Below are positions 43,532 through 60,600 of a DNA stretch of 64,000 bases, piece after piece. The notes beneath the pieces are model-generated. The model did not search any database and was not told the DNA's origin. It worked only from the letters and a program-made list of their open reading frames with translations. Source of the stretch: Azolla caroliniana (lineage: Eukaryota > Plantae > Polypodiophyta); the NCBI GenBank assembly GCA_043228905.1, contig JBHGNT010000004.1, forward strand, positions 20,646,001 to 20,710,000, given 5' to 3'. A program made the position numbers and the translations under genes. How positions within the stretch are numbered: the first letter of the stretch is position 1; every line of letters starts with the position of its first letter.

Positions 43532-46102
43532 CTATAAATAGTGTTAATATTTCTAACCTTTCACTGGAAACCAGTTAGTTAACTAATATTCTTAATTTTT
43601 TATGAGTTTTTGTCATTGGAATTATTGTGCACATCTGAACTCAAAAGCTCTTCTGCTTGCTGGTGATCCACAGGTATACCTACAATGCATGTGTTCAAAA
43701 AGCTGATTTATCCCATATTACAGCAAAGTAAACCTTTGGACCTTGTATTATAAAGAAACATGTATTTTATTATTTTTGTTTTAGGTATGTTTGGAACCTA
43801 ATATCTACTGGGAGGACCTTATCTTACTCTTTTAGTAAGATGGTTTCTTAAATATGACACTTTTGGGTTATATCTTTCTTCTTTGATTTTGTTTGTTTCA
43901 TTAGATTTCACATTGCCCACATGTTCCCTATGAATATTCTGATGAGATTGAAATTGCAACATTGCTGATTGGTTGCTAATCTTCTCTTGTCATTTTGAAT
44001 TAGGACAAAACATATCGTCACAGACATAATTTACATATCTTCCCTCAACATGAAAATGATAGGTTTTACACCCAAAAAAATTTAAAACCCTAATTCAAGG
44101 AAAAGAAAACATATAGAAATGACGCAAAATCGTAAATAAGAAATCAAACATTTTTTGAATTTAATACTTAAGGACACCCAATATTATCTTTAATCAAGCA
44201 AAGCATTAAACCCTAAACCCGTAATAATCAATAATCAATAATGTCTAATAAATTATCAATAAACTAAACAGTTTGTAAAAAGTTTTTGAAAAATAACCTA
44301 ATCATTGGATCAAGCCAAACCCTAAACAAATTCTAAAATCATAATATCAAGCTAAACCCTAAACCTTTCTTGAACCTAATCTCTCACATAAAAAATCCTT
44401 GCACATAAAAAAAAAATTGTAGAAAAAGTAGAAACAAACACATACATACATACCTAGGAAATATATGGGTGGCTATGGCAGATGTGATTAATTGATTTTG
44501 TAGACGATTGGCCGCCTAGATCACTTTCCCGACAAAAAATTCTGTCAATCTCGTGTGGAAAAATGAGAGAGAATGACAAGTTTTAGGGTTTTATAGTCGG
44601 TGGTTGGGCAACCTGCTTCGTCAGTTGGGCGACCAAAAAACTCAGTGGATACATGCGGTTGGGTGACTTGATTAATGGGTTGGGCGACTGTGACAATTAA
44701 ACTTGGTTGGGTGACCTCTAACAACTTTTTTGGGTCGCGTGTTTTCTTATTATTATCCAAATCGGACGGTGCAGATCGCATACTGCCATCATGCTTGCTT
44801 CTGTGATAAATCTACATATAACAGATTTGATTGACCTGCACCGTCCGATTTGCGCCGCATTTCCTTCACCAGCCCTATTTATGATTTGGTGTATAATATA
44901 GACACATCGGATTTTGACTCTTTAAAGAATATCAAAATCAAGGCCTAAATTTGATGGGTTAGTCTTTAAGTTTTTTTACGTGCATTTTTTAAAGATGCAT
45001 GTCATATGACATGAGAGTGCAAAAACTACTATGTCATTTGACGTACAAGTTTTAATAATGAAAAGCTCTATATGATGCTTCATTGTTATACATTTTATTA
45101 CTATAGAAAATACACAAAGATACACAAATAAACGTAACTACCTGACAAAGATAATGAAATCATACAAAAAAAATGATACAAATTGAATACTTAATCATCA
45201 TATATTTCTTAAAGCCCAAAAAATACAAAAAAATGTTTGTCATATCGTGATTCCTCATATTAAGCATTGTGCAATATGTGTCTAATTCAATGATACTATC
45301 CTTCTCTCTTTCTCTTCAAACCAAAGGTTAAATATATCCCTCCAACAAATGTTTGATGTCTCCTAAAATTCCTCTAGCATCACTTGTGCATATTAATAGT
45401 TCATCTAATCAACAATCAAACATAATAACCTCATCACAACCATATTCCTTGATATCTATGGGTTCAACCAATCAACAATCAGACCTATCTCACCTCCTCC
45501 ATGCTTTCTATGGCTTTCAATAAGTCCATATTGGACAAACATATGTAACTAATCTCTCTAATTGCTTAGTCCTTATCCTATTGTAGATTTTTGTGGGAAT
45601 AAAAGAAAATGCATCACTTTGTCATACACGCTTCTCATGAGCAATCTTCAAAGCAAAAAGATTCAATAAAAAAGAGAAAAACAGAGAAAATAAAGAGAAA
45701 GAGACAAAATACATACTTCAGAGTGGTGTAGTGGCAAACAGTAGATGTCGTGCAATCACTGAGAAGCGACAAGGAGCAACGAGTAGTGAGCGAGCCGGGA
45801 GCAATGGGTAACAACCAAGGAACAGGGAGTAGCGATGAAGGAAAGCAACGAGCAACACATGAAGAAGGAACAGGAAGCGTAAAGAAGGAAGCAAGAAAAG
45901 AGAAAATAGGGGGGAATTTTCAGAATGAAACATTGGAAGAAATATACAATATAAATATTTTCATATACTATAGAAATAGCCGGCTCATCCGGCTAGATTC
46001 CAGTTGGTCGGAAATCCTGGCCGGAATTGATTCCGGCTATCCATAATGGTTGCCGCCGGCTGGGAAAAGTCCCGACTCCCAATTCAACCTTTGCCCAACA
46101 CC

Positions 46103-46133
<31 letters not shown>

Positions 46134-46392
46134 GACATGGAAATTAAATTTTTAGCATGTCATTTTGATATGTATAATTTTTGGGCGCCTTTCGCATGAA
46201 AAATGAAAATTGTAAGTTTATATGTCACTTGACGGACATTTTTATTGGGTGTATGTTTTTTGATAGGCATGACACCCGATCAAAATTCCATTCAATATAG
46301 CTCTTGCAAAGGCTGAAAAAAACAAAACAAAACACAAAACACAAAACAGAATAGAAAAAGGATCAGAAGAATGAGCTTGCTTCTCTGAAGTG

Positions 46393-49300
46393 ATGATGGC
46401 CATGGCGAGGGTTTCGTCGTTTACATGTCTGGTCTTTGTTTCCGTGGATATGGTTCTCCTATGTCTGCTCGGATCGGCTCTCGCAGAGCCATTTCGTCGA
46501 GATGTTGGCCATCCTCATTGGCATCATAGTGCTTTCCAAGACGTTCCTCTCAACTATAGACATGAAATGAGACAGCTTCTTCATTCTAGAGCTCAGGTAT
46601 ATCTTCTGATCCATCCATTCATGAACACAAAATTTAGTATATCAAGGATATATAACTGGAATGTATGCTAGAGTTCAGAAGGTAATAAAATTTCATTCTA
46701 CCTTTCCAAGTATGTAAAATGGAAATTTGAAGGTTTTTCTTCATATATAATTGGAAGAATAAATTTTACTCAAAAGTGTTAAATTGTTTTAAGAGAAGAA
46801 ACTTCATAAGAGGAATGCTTTTTCAAGGTAAAGGGGTATAGTAGAATATATAAAGGTCATTGTTTACAGAAAAAGTACCCTTCACTTAAAATCTGTAATA
46901 TTGTTTAAGGGAAAAAATCAACAATCAAAACTGTGAGTTTTTTCTCCAAAATTCCTCAAACGTTTCAGGTTTTTCTACCTTCAACTTTACAAATTTCAAA
47001 GATGATTTTCGAAAAATGAGTGTGCCAATGAAACTAAATTCACCAAATTTTGACCAAGACATAGAATCATATGTATGCTTACAATTACTGACAGATAGAG
47101 TAATAGAATGTGGTGTTTGATTCACTTTTTACCAAATGTTTTGCAATTATTGGTGAATGTATATCAAAATATTTTAAGGTCTTATTCTGGGTATCTCAAA
47201 GTTTGGAGGTACATTTTACCTTATATTCTATATGATTTACATGTGAAAATATCAGTAAACTTGTCATTTCCTCACCTAATCCATACGTAGTTTAGATTCA
47301 CCATCTCACATATCTGCCTTAAATTTAGAAGCATTAATTAGTTCTTTACACTTGGTTACCATAATGAGTGTTCTCGAGAAATATTGCATAGCTTAAACAT
47401 GGAGATGAATAGTCTATGATACCCAGTGCTGTGTAATTTGGGCAAAGGATATTTTATCCAGTGATGGTCTATCTCTTTTCAAACTACGTTCCAAAGCTCA
47501 GTATAGAACTCAATTGTTTCTATATGCATATACCATACTATATTCATGCTTCAGCTCTTATAATGTAATCTGTGTTCCAAGGACTTTGCATTGGATATAT
47601 TTTGGAACATATATTTGGCATTAGATAGGTGATTAGCCTGTGTTTAAAAATGGATGTTAGGCAATGCCCCCCATGTCAGCAGGGGTGCATGCTTGTGGAT
47701 TATAATGCCAGAAGAGGAGGTAGGTGTAAAAGGTTTTTTTATTAACCAATTGTGCAATTTTCAATGCCAGTTTCCAAACTATTTACCTGGATGTTCCAAG
47801 TTTTTCTTTAATCTTATATACCTTGTAGCTGTTTACGTTTATAATTCTGATGTTTTCTGTACTACACTTTTTCATACAGGTTCCATTTCCTATCCCACTT
47901 GAAGTGAACATTGTTTTAGTGGGTTTCAATGGTGATGGTGGCTATAGGTATTCATTGGACTCTCGCAAGCTGGCGTCTGTTCTGAAAGACATTTTTCCCA
48001 ATCATCGACCAACATGCTTGGGCACTGCACTACAGTTAGACATTGAGCACACTCTATACTACAATGTTCTTTCTGTAAGTAATCTGGAGCATTTTAAGGT
48101 TAATTTATAAAGCAAAATGTGGTTCTCTAGGAATCAAAAACTTCATAAAGCTACAGTTGTGCTGGCTAGGAAGCCACTGGAAAATTGCAGACATTCCAGT
48201 TTATCATAACCTAATTTTAGAAGGTGTTTGTCATATATATCATGCAAGTTGGACACTGCATTTTTTTATATCCCAATGCCCGCACATTGTTTTGACATGT
48301 GCATATATTTACTGATATGTGTTTGATATAATCAATGATCAGCCCCAAGTTGTAAATCTATCCCCATATGTGCTCTTAGAGTGCACATTTTTTGATAGCG
48401 CCCCAAATGAGGAGTGGCTAGTGTGCAACTCGACCATATGGGTTGATAAGGTGTTAATCTAGGAAACTGTAGATGCGTAGGACACAATGGATTTAGGAAA
48501 GAGAGAAATAGGTAATAGGATTGGCTAATCAAGTCAAGTAGAATATTGTGTGGGCAAGTTACAATGTACTTAGTCTTGAAGTATCTAGCACTAGCCTGTA
48601 TCTAGGGAGTTGGGTCATATTAAATGACAAGTCAGTTGACAGAAAAGGAATATCTCCACTACTATCAACTGACATGCACATTTAATGTTACACTCAGACC
48701 AAACAGAGAATATAATCCACTCTCTTACACAGTGGTGGATCGATCATCAGTCCCCACTAATTTTGTAGTGAGCTGGTCCAGATCCCATCTAAGCTCCAAG
48801 GTGTGAGTGCATGGGTGAACTACCATTGTGAGCTACTCTCATATGTAATAGAAGTTTTGTTTTCATATATCCATCTCTGTGGTTGTAACGCTATATACCT
48901 ATCTAATCGATTCTCAATATTTCTAACAATATGCACCTGGCTATTAGCAATGTAGGTCAGCAAGCTAGCATTAAAATGTTTAATACAAATTTCAGGCATC
49001 TAATCTTTGTGTGCCCATTTTCCCTGTCCATAATTTGCATTAGCAGGTTTTGAGACTCTGCATCTATGCCTGAGTCATATGATGATTTAATGCATATAAT
49101 TCATGAAATGAAGCATGTGAACACTAAAGATCCATCTTTTATTATTATATTCTCACAGTTCTTCTCTATATGAACATTGTTTCTACCCATGTTGTATTCT
49201 TTCAGGTTGGTCAGCAAGAACTGATTGAATTTGAAAATACTATTAGAACAGCAATGGTACCAGCAGGCAGAGCCCGAGAAGTAAATCTCTTTCATGAACA

Positions 49301-52300
49301 AGTTACATATTTGTAATTGACTTTTATATTATCAATGCAACATTTCTGTGCCTGATTCAGAATGAACATGGAAGGGAAGTTCCTGTATTCGAGGTAGAAG
49401 CAACTAAGGTGGAAAGAGCCTTTGATTCTCTTTATTTGGATCTTTTTGGATTTGATCCAAGTACAACTTCTGCAGCAGATATGAGTAGACCTTTGCCAAA
49501 TGCCATCTTCATCCTCAACTTGGACAAGGTAATCATTGTAAAAATTGTCAACGATACTATCAGCATGATCTTAATCATGCCCATGAATGGAGAGTGGATA
49601 CCTTCACATAAAAAAAATCAAATGCTTAGCTAAGATGTCAATAATTTGTTAGGTGCGCATGGACCCACGAAATGAGACAAGTATTAACCGTGAAAAGATT
49701 GAAGAATTGAACATTGAAGAGCTTAAGAAGCAAGATGGTGGCTATTTATATCGTTACAGATACAGTGGTGGAGGTGCAACTCAAGTGTGGTTGGCGTCTG
49801 GCAGGTTTGGACTAAGCTTTTGACCATGAATCTGATGAAAGGAAAGTAGTGTTTGAAAGTTTAGAGTTCAAATCTGAGGATCTGGTGTTGTGGCATGTCA
49901 TTTTTCTTTTCGTCTCTTTTTGAATGGATGAAATATTCGATGGAAATGATGATTGTAAAGCTCTTAGTTTCATTGGCTGGTTGGCCTTTTCAGGAACATT
50001 AGCATATTATATCTGTGTCTCTCAGCTGAATTTTTGTGAGAATTGCTTGCATGTGCTAGACATTTCTTGCTTTTTCTTTGCTCTTTTAAATTTTTAGGTT
50101 TGGACAGGCCATCTTTGTATGTTAGAAATGAGGAAAGACAGAACTATATTAATGTATCTATAGAGGCCAAACTAGTCTATGTGACCGAAAAATGTTACAA
50201 TCATAATGTTATGTGATCTCATCCATGAAAAAGGAAAAGTTCAAGGTGTTCAAGAGATGAATACATCTTTCTCTCCAACTTCCATTTTATGTCCAATCAT
50301 GCTTGGTCACACAGTGTGCAAAGGAGAATAAATGTTTGAAAAGCAAAGTAACTCCTTGTATTGTAATCTTCATGTCGTTAGAGTTGGGCAATGAGGTATA
50401 ATATGAAATTTGGATTAATTCCATAAAGTTGCAAATCTATTGCATTACAGAAAATAGAGTGTAATTTGATCTGCACAAGATCTCATACAACAATAGATGC
50501 AGGATGTGAAGGTAATATTTCTAAAGAGAGTGAAAATGTAGTTCACGTGGCTTGAATAAATTTGAAACAAAAGAGCATGTAGCTTTAGAATGCCCAACAT
50601 ATCAGAATGTGCAAGCTGCTTTCTAGAATTTTCTCCATTGAAGAAACTCCGTGAAAATCTGTCCATTTACAAAGCTGGATGTAATAGACAAAGCCATGGA
50701 TCATGGAAGCAAGAAGAGCTGAATTATTTGGGCATGAAGATGTTGGCACGTTATGATGATGATATGATATATTGTTCATATGATAGAGAGAGGATGAAAT
50801 TTAAAGTTGACATGAAGGCGGAACATGAAGAGTGTATGATTGATATTCAAGTTTAACAAATATTGAGGGAAATTGTGTTTAAAAAATGTTGTATATCAAT
50901 AACAAATGTGAAAATCGTCCTGTAAAATGGATGAAAACTGTCATGTGAAGATGAATATGTGATTTACGCGAATAGTATACAAATATGAAAAGAAGATGTC
51001 AGCGCTTGTTATGTGTGTATATGTGTGCTCATGAAGATGGTTTGTGTTTCGGAATGAGATTATAGTCATACTTCTGGATTAACTCAATTAAGAGTTGATC
51101 TTCTACATCCTCCTTATGAAAAAGTCCTTTGTACAAGTTAAAGTCCTTTGAGAGCACTAGCATACTGTGACCTGTTTATCTCTTGGTCTGTGTATTAATG
51201 TTGCTACTTCATTGATTGTCTGATTCTCTTATCGAGTTCCTATGACTAGAAGATATTAATAAATATTCGCTGTATGTCTTGAAACATGTGTAGCAACTTT
51301 TCTGTATGCAATATTAATCGTATTCCTTGGGATACTACTTTTCTGTAGGTTTGCTGTTATTGATCTTTCAGCTGGCCCATGTGTTTATGGAAAAATTGAG
51401 ACAGAGGAAGGAAGTGTTAGTTATAGAACAGTTCCCAGACTAAGAAATTTGCTATTTCCACGAGGACGTGATGCTGTTGACAGCCTTTCAACACAAGATA
51501 CTTTTGCAGCTCAGCTTGCAAGCCTTATTGCATTAACAATTGAGCATGTAATTGCACCAGATGTGAGGTACAGCTATGTTCCACCACATAATTGTTTTTG
51601 TCAACATGCTTTCTGTATTACTAAATGCTCTTGTTTATCCGACTGGCTAGATTTGAAACAATTGATCCAACATCCCGGTTGCTGATTGCAATCATTGTTT
51701 TGCAAAACCATCATAAGTACAATCTCTTCCAAACCGGTCGACCTTACACGATAGATATTGATGCTATTACCAAAGAGGTTGATTCTATAACTAACTTTAT
51801 TAAGTAATTCAGAGCTTGATGAATTGCGTAAATATTGATGTTATTACCGAAGAGGTTGATTTTAATGAACGGTTCTTTTTTTATCATAAGGAGATGTGAG
51901 TGTTTGATAAAGAATTGTGTAAATATTGTTGATCTTAACTGCTGCTTTCTTCTTCTACAACCTGCATAATATTGATCCTTCTACAGTAAATTTCTGCATT
52001 TATACACTTTGTTTTCATAGAAATGAAGGGTTGTTTTTCTTTTAGGTTAAGAGGATGTTACAGCCCGGGCAGGATGTTGTGGTAGTTGGAGGTACTCACA
52101 GCCTGCACGAACATGAGAAGTTAGCAGTTGCTGTTACAAAAGCTCTTCGTGGTGAATCTGTACAAGAAACAAAGGAAGGGCGATTTCAGGTCCAAACAAG
52201 GACTTTCCTAGATGGCGCGATTCTTAGAGATGTGAGTGATTTGTATTTGGATATTTTGGTCATGGGATTCAATATGGAGTACCTAGTTTATTTTCCCCTT

Positions 52301-55300
52301 ATTCTGACAGGAAATGCGTCACTCTACAGATGTGTTAGCAGCTGGTTTGTTAGAGGCATCTCAACCATCACTTTTTAGCACTTATTTTGGACGTCACCAG
52401 GTAGTCTTTTCACTAATATGGATTCTAGAATTGGAGGGGATTCACTCTTGAATGCTGAGTCACTTCATTTTGATACTCATCCACTGATAAATTTCTACTT
52501 TTGGGCCAACAGTATCAAAGTTTCAACAGCACTTTGGACATAGGAGGTTCTGTAATTAAAAGCAAACCTCTGTGGTCCCTCATGTCTGCGAATAATAAAA
52601 AAAACAAAGGCAAATCTAAACCAAAACTACAGCCAAGCAATGTTTATACCTCATATGGTACTCGAGTGGTTCCTGTGTAAGTATCAAATAGTTGCATTAG
52701 TGTTTATCTTTGTAGTGTGGCTTATTCCACTATACCCCATGCAACTTCAGGTGGATTTTCTGATGTTGTACCATCTTATATGTTTCATCTCTAGCTATTC
52801 TATTTATGCCTATCAGTTTATGTAATATAATTTTATCTTTATGCGTGTGATTTTCAAAAAGACTTGATTCTGTTCAATTAACATAATTAATGGTCTTTTA
52901 CAGATCTAAAACAGTCTGTTGCATTATGAATAATCTGTGATTATGTGGGAGATCAACCTAAAGAAGTTATTTTTTTACGATGTTTTTTAGGTTTGTCTTA
53001 TCATTAGCAGAAGTTGATCCAAAACTAATGATGGATGGAGAAAGCTTGCTTTGGACAAGTGATGATTCTGTTTTTGTCTTGCAACATGGAAGAGGACCAA
53101 TCGAACTAAGGTAGGGTGCAGTGCTTTTTTATATTCTCAACCATTTACAGATCTCCTATATCTCCATGCTTTATTTTAAATATGCTACGCATGCTTTTGT
53201 ATCACTAAACATGCAAGTTAAAGTTTCCACACATCATGTGTTTTTGTATGAAATAATGAATTTGACAAAGTTGCTTCATCACTTCTAATGCTATCCTCAT
53301 ATGTGGTGACAGTTATGTCTCAGAAACAGAGAGAAGGAAGATCGATCCCATTTCTCCTCAGAGGCATATATTGGCTGGACTTACATCAGTCCTTGGGAGT
53401 GTGGTTGCGCCATTCGAGAAAGCATCTTATATACACGAACGCCCAGTGTTAAACTGGCTTTGGGCTGCTGGATGTCACCCGTTTGGTCCATTCTCTAATC
53501 ACTCTGGAATCAGTCAGTTGATGGCAGATAATGCTTTGGTAATCTTGATGTTCATACAAACATGCATGCTTTGTCTTTGGTGTTTTTTTGTTTTGTTTTT
53601 TGTATCATAGTTTATGTTTGAGATTTTAGTATTCAACCATAATATATTTTGGTCAAAGATATACAAAGAGAGCCAGGAAGAGAAGAAAAGAGGTAATGTA
53701 TGGCCATTGTTTGATATTCCTCTCTGCTGTCTCGCAAAAACTCTTCACAGCTGTACTATTGAAAAGTTGATCATTTATATTGTAGGGCAACTCTTTAACA
53801 GACAGGACGGGGTATCCCTCCTACAACCTGATAAGATTGATCATGAAAGCTTGATATGACAGGATGTGGTCGGATACATTCTGGCATTTTTCCTTGTATT
53901 TGGGCCAACATTGGGGGGTTAACGTTTGCAATGTAATATTATTCCAATTTTGACGTTTTAGCATCTTGCCACTTCATACTTAGTGCGTCTAGTAACCTAT
54001 CATCGATGATCACATACTTCATAGCATCATTTGAGAGCTCCAATATACCTCTTACTCCCTATCGTTTAAACCACCTGGCCAAATGGGAGAATTTTGCTTT
54101 TATTAGTTTGTTTACCTTGCATCTTATGTTCCAAGCCTGTATTGGCAATCTCTATAGTCGGGCATCTTCTTGGCTTTCATGATATGCTTGTATACTTGTT
54201 GCATGGCTAGTACGTTCATGAATTGTATACTTTTTAATAGCATCAGGATTGGATCTTTAGGATTTTATTCCCATTTCTTTCCATAAGAACAATTTTGGAT
54301 TATTTTCTATTTCATTCCATGCACTAAGTGAGATAGTGCCATCCAGTGTTTCCACTCCAAGAAAGCAACATTTGGGCCACGAGGGCATCGAATAACATCA
54401 ATTCTCACTTCCCATCCTTGTGTATCACTTTGGTTGCATTGATTCTCAAACAGATAATAACTATTTCCAATATGCTTGAAGTCTAGACGCATAGCATACA
54501 TTGCAGCTATGTCCGCTGCTTTGCCATTAGACAATCTTTTTTGCCCCTCGATTAACATTTTCAATACACATGCATTATCCGAACATTAGATTTTTAGGGT
54601 CTGTGCAATTTCTACATGCTTTCCTCAATGTTTTAAGCTTGCATGTTCACAGTGATATGCTGAGATAAAATTCATGGTTTGTATTTCATGGATTTACAGT
54701 AGATATAGTTTCTGTCCTATCTTTCCAGTGCTTCCCCAAACCAAAGAGATACAAATAGTGTCTGTATTCTTAGTAATTTAATAGATGTGCAGGGGATAAT
54801 CTTCACACCCAGTCAGTGTGACATATGATGACTTTTTACAGTAACAGAATCTTTTCATTTTAGAATGAGATAATTAATGATTTTCTTCATGTAGAGAAAT
54901 GCTATTTATGCACGGGTGGACAAGTCACTGAGAAATGTTCGAGATATGACCGAGGTATGTGTTTTGCAAATTTTTGGTATGGAAGGCAGATGTGGGCTAA
55001 ACATTTCCCTGTCTTATACGGGATCTATTGTAAACAGAGCATCCAATCATTCACTTCAGAACACCTGCAGACACCATTAGGAGAACCAGTCAAAAGCCAG
55101 TCAAAAAAATCAACAGCTGAATTATGGCTCGATAAGTTCTACAAAAAATCAACGAACATGCCAGAACCTCTACCGCATGATCTTGTTGTACGACTGGAAG
55201 GCTACCTTGATGTATGCCTCTCATAAAATGAAAAACTTCACCCTCATACCATGTCATTTTATACTATTAATTGAGTTCTTGTGGATTGAACTTCACCGTC

Positions 55301-55694
55301 ATATTGCCTCATACAGAAACTAGAGGAACAGCTTGTGGAGCTTGCTGCGATGCTCTATAATCATCAATTCCAGCAGGCTCATCATAATTCTAGTGAAATT
55401 TTAAGAACATCAATTTATACCCAACAGTAAGACATTTTATCCTGTTCAAATGTTGAAGCGGTGTGTACAGGATTGAGATCCAAATTGGAATTTGTGGTAC
55501 TGAAATGATCATTGTTTTCTGTTGCCAGATATGTAGACCATATGCTTATCCGTGAGAGAGATCGATTGAAGTGTTGTCGGTTGGAGCATATTGTACCTGT
55601 TCAATCTTCTCAAGCATTTGTGTATGGGGGGATTCTTGTGGCTGGTTTCATTGTTTACTTCTTAGTTATTTTCTTCTCTTCACCAGAACGATAA
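46393..55694 (+). CDS. Conserved uncharacterised single-pass membrane protein, AT5G58100-like
   Basis: Signal peptide then PFRRDVGHPHWHHSAF...HSRAQ|VPFPIPLEVNIVLVGFNGDGGYRY; internal IDLSAGPCVYGKIETEEGSV and HERPVLNWLWAAGCHPFGPFSN; C-terminal TM YGGILVAGFIVYFLVIFFSSPER. About 17 exons: ~46393-46595, 47880-48074, 49206-49280, 49361-49528, 49653-49804, 51349-51567, 51651-51777, 52046-52231, 52311-52400, 52513-52676, 52991-53110, 53312-53498, 54895-54954, 55038-55211, 55317-55426, 55530-55694. Confidence 0.88.
48441..48928 (+). mobile_element. Probable solo LTR in intron 2 of the AT5G58100-like gene
   Basis: ATATG direct repeat at 48436-48440 and 48929-48933. Termini GGTTG (mutated TGTTG?) and TAACA. 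Confidence 0.5.
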
Positions 55695-55789
55695 AACTAG
55701 GTTTTAATGCCCACCTCCAACCCACATATTGGTAGAGATTAGACAGTCATGTCCTGTTTTTGGCTACAAGGACGTAACGCTAATGATTT

Positions 55790-56425
55790 CACATTTGCCA
55801 AATTCGGTTTGCAATAGGCATTTGATACCTTTCTTTATTTTCGTTTACTCCTGTACAAGTATGGAGAGAGCAAAGATGAAAAGGAATTTGCTGAATATGA
55901 CAAATCATGAGAACGTCAAATGAAGGCATCCCACTAATGCTTTCTCACATTTGGCAAATTCAGTTTCAAATAGGCCTTTGATATCTTTCTTTCTTTATTT
56001 TAATTTACTCATAAGTATGGAGAAAGAGCAAAGATGAAAAGGAATATCCTGAATATGACAAATCATGAGAGGGTACCCAGCTCAAATGAAGGCAAACCAT
56101 CAGTGATCCTCTTATAAATGATTTTTAAGGTTAATCTCTATCCAGTTCTATAACTAGTACAAACATCATTAGCTAAATTCTAAATGCTTATAGCCTTGAT
56201 TATCCATACCAGTTGTATGAACATTTGCATAGTGTTTTGAATACTTTTCATCTATAGAAGCTATCAGAGTATGTTTTTGTTTGATATGCCTATGTAGATT
56301 TTATAGGCTTACGGTGTTATCATTAATCCATACCAGTTGTATGATCATTTGCATAGTGTTTTGAATACTTTTCATCTATAGAAGCTATGAGATTATGTTT
56401 TTGTTTGATATGCCTATGTAGATTT
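55790..56425. repeat. Two local tandem duplications in the 3' intergenic region
   Basis: ~160-bp pair TTTCACATTTG.CAAATTC...GACAAATCATGAGA (55787-55925 and 55940-56095). ~125-bp pair ATCCATACCAGTTGTATGA...GCCTATGTAGATTT (56203-56301 and 56326-56424). Confidence 0.85.
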
Positions 56426-56454
56426 AGATTTTGGGCATATCTGATAACTTTAGG

Positions 56455-56520
56455 CTTTCATAGCTCAGTTGGTTGTGCACCCATTTCATAAGTCAGAGAT
56501 ATCGAGTTAAACTATCAATG
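56455..56520 (+). repeat. tRNA-derived SINE-head remnant
   Basis: A-box TAGCTCAGTTGG at 56461 and degenerate B-box GAGTTAAACT at ~56504. No cloverleaf. Confidence 0.4.
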
Positions 56521-57158
56521 AAAGAAAACACTCTATTTCCTTGGTTCATGGAATGTGTAGACAATCCAAAATTTGTTCTTATGTGATACATGACTGCGCA
56601 CTCACATTTACACCAATTAGTTCTTATATAGTTCTGCAATGAGTACAATGATATCATGATTTTATGTGCAAATAAGACCATGATTGCCCTCTTCATTGCA
56701 ATCAACTTGTGCATTCACTTCATGTTCAACGTAGTTCAGAGTGTGGACACTATTGATACCCAATGGTTTCTAGTTCATTACCAATATGTCTCAAGGACAA
56801 GCTGTTTCTGAAACTTAGGGCCAATCAATGAGGTTTGTTCCCTAGTAAACAGTTCTACCACTTTAACCACCATTAATTTGATCGAAAAATCTCATTAAAT
56901 TGATGCCAGAATATTTTGGTATCACCGCAGCATCATGTTTAACAATGTGATTTTTCAATCATAACTACAAAAATAACTCGACATTTCTGGCACTCTGCTT
57001 ATAGAAATGCTTGCCACATAACAAGCCCTCTTTATAAAATAGTGGCTTGGGTCCTTCAAAGAGGTTTCCAAAAGTGAACTCGTGAGTCGTAACGTTGAGG
57101 GTGGAAAAGCTTAGGCTTTACTCTATTCCATAAGTTACCAAATTAACCGTATGTGTTA

Positions 57159-60221
<3,063 letters not shown>

Positions 60222-60489
60222 GGGGGAGGATGCCCCGTGGGATACGTTCCAGTTATTCGTTCTCCTGCCCTGTTCAGTCTGTGCGCCTTTCTTCGTTCTG
60301 CTGCAGCTGCTCTGTTCCTCAAAAACCTCGAGAGGCAATCAATCAGGCACAGATAGATGGGTTTTGTTAATTTCTGTTTGCCTTTAATTGTACAAGGTGA
60401 AGCAGAGACAGAGAAAAGGCGAGAGAGACAGAGGAAAAGGAAGGTGTTTTTTCTTCAGTGTCTCTGCTACTTGTTTTTTGTGTTCACAC

Positions 60490-60600
60490 TTTGGGCTGCC
60501 TCGGATGGATGGATTGCTCCCTCAAATTTTCAAGCATTTTTTGCTGCCCTGATCCACCCGACCGATCGTGTTGTTGGGAGAAACCCTAAACCCTAAACCC
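60490..60600. promoter_or_regulatory. RPT4 upstream region with a site II/PRCE-like TGGGCT and tandem telo-boxes
   Basis: TTGGGCT at ~60491 and AAACCCTAAACCCTAAACC at ~60581-60599. Confidence 0.4.

Noticed and set aside
44880-44905. Helitron 5' end (TCTATATTATA on minus)
   Set aside because: It is not preceded by A, and no matching hairpin-CTRR 3' end could be assigned.
50445-51050. Purine-rich intronic ORF 50590-50856 as an extra exon or TE gene
   Set aside because: The flanking exons join in frame without it, and it has no recognisable motifs or termini.
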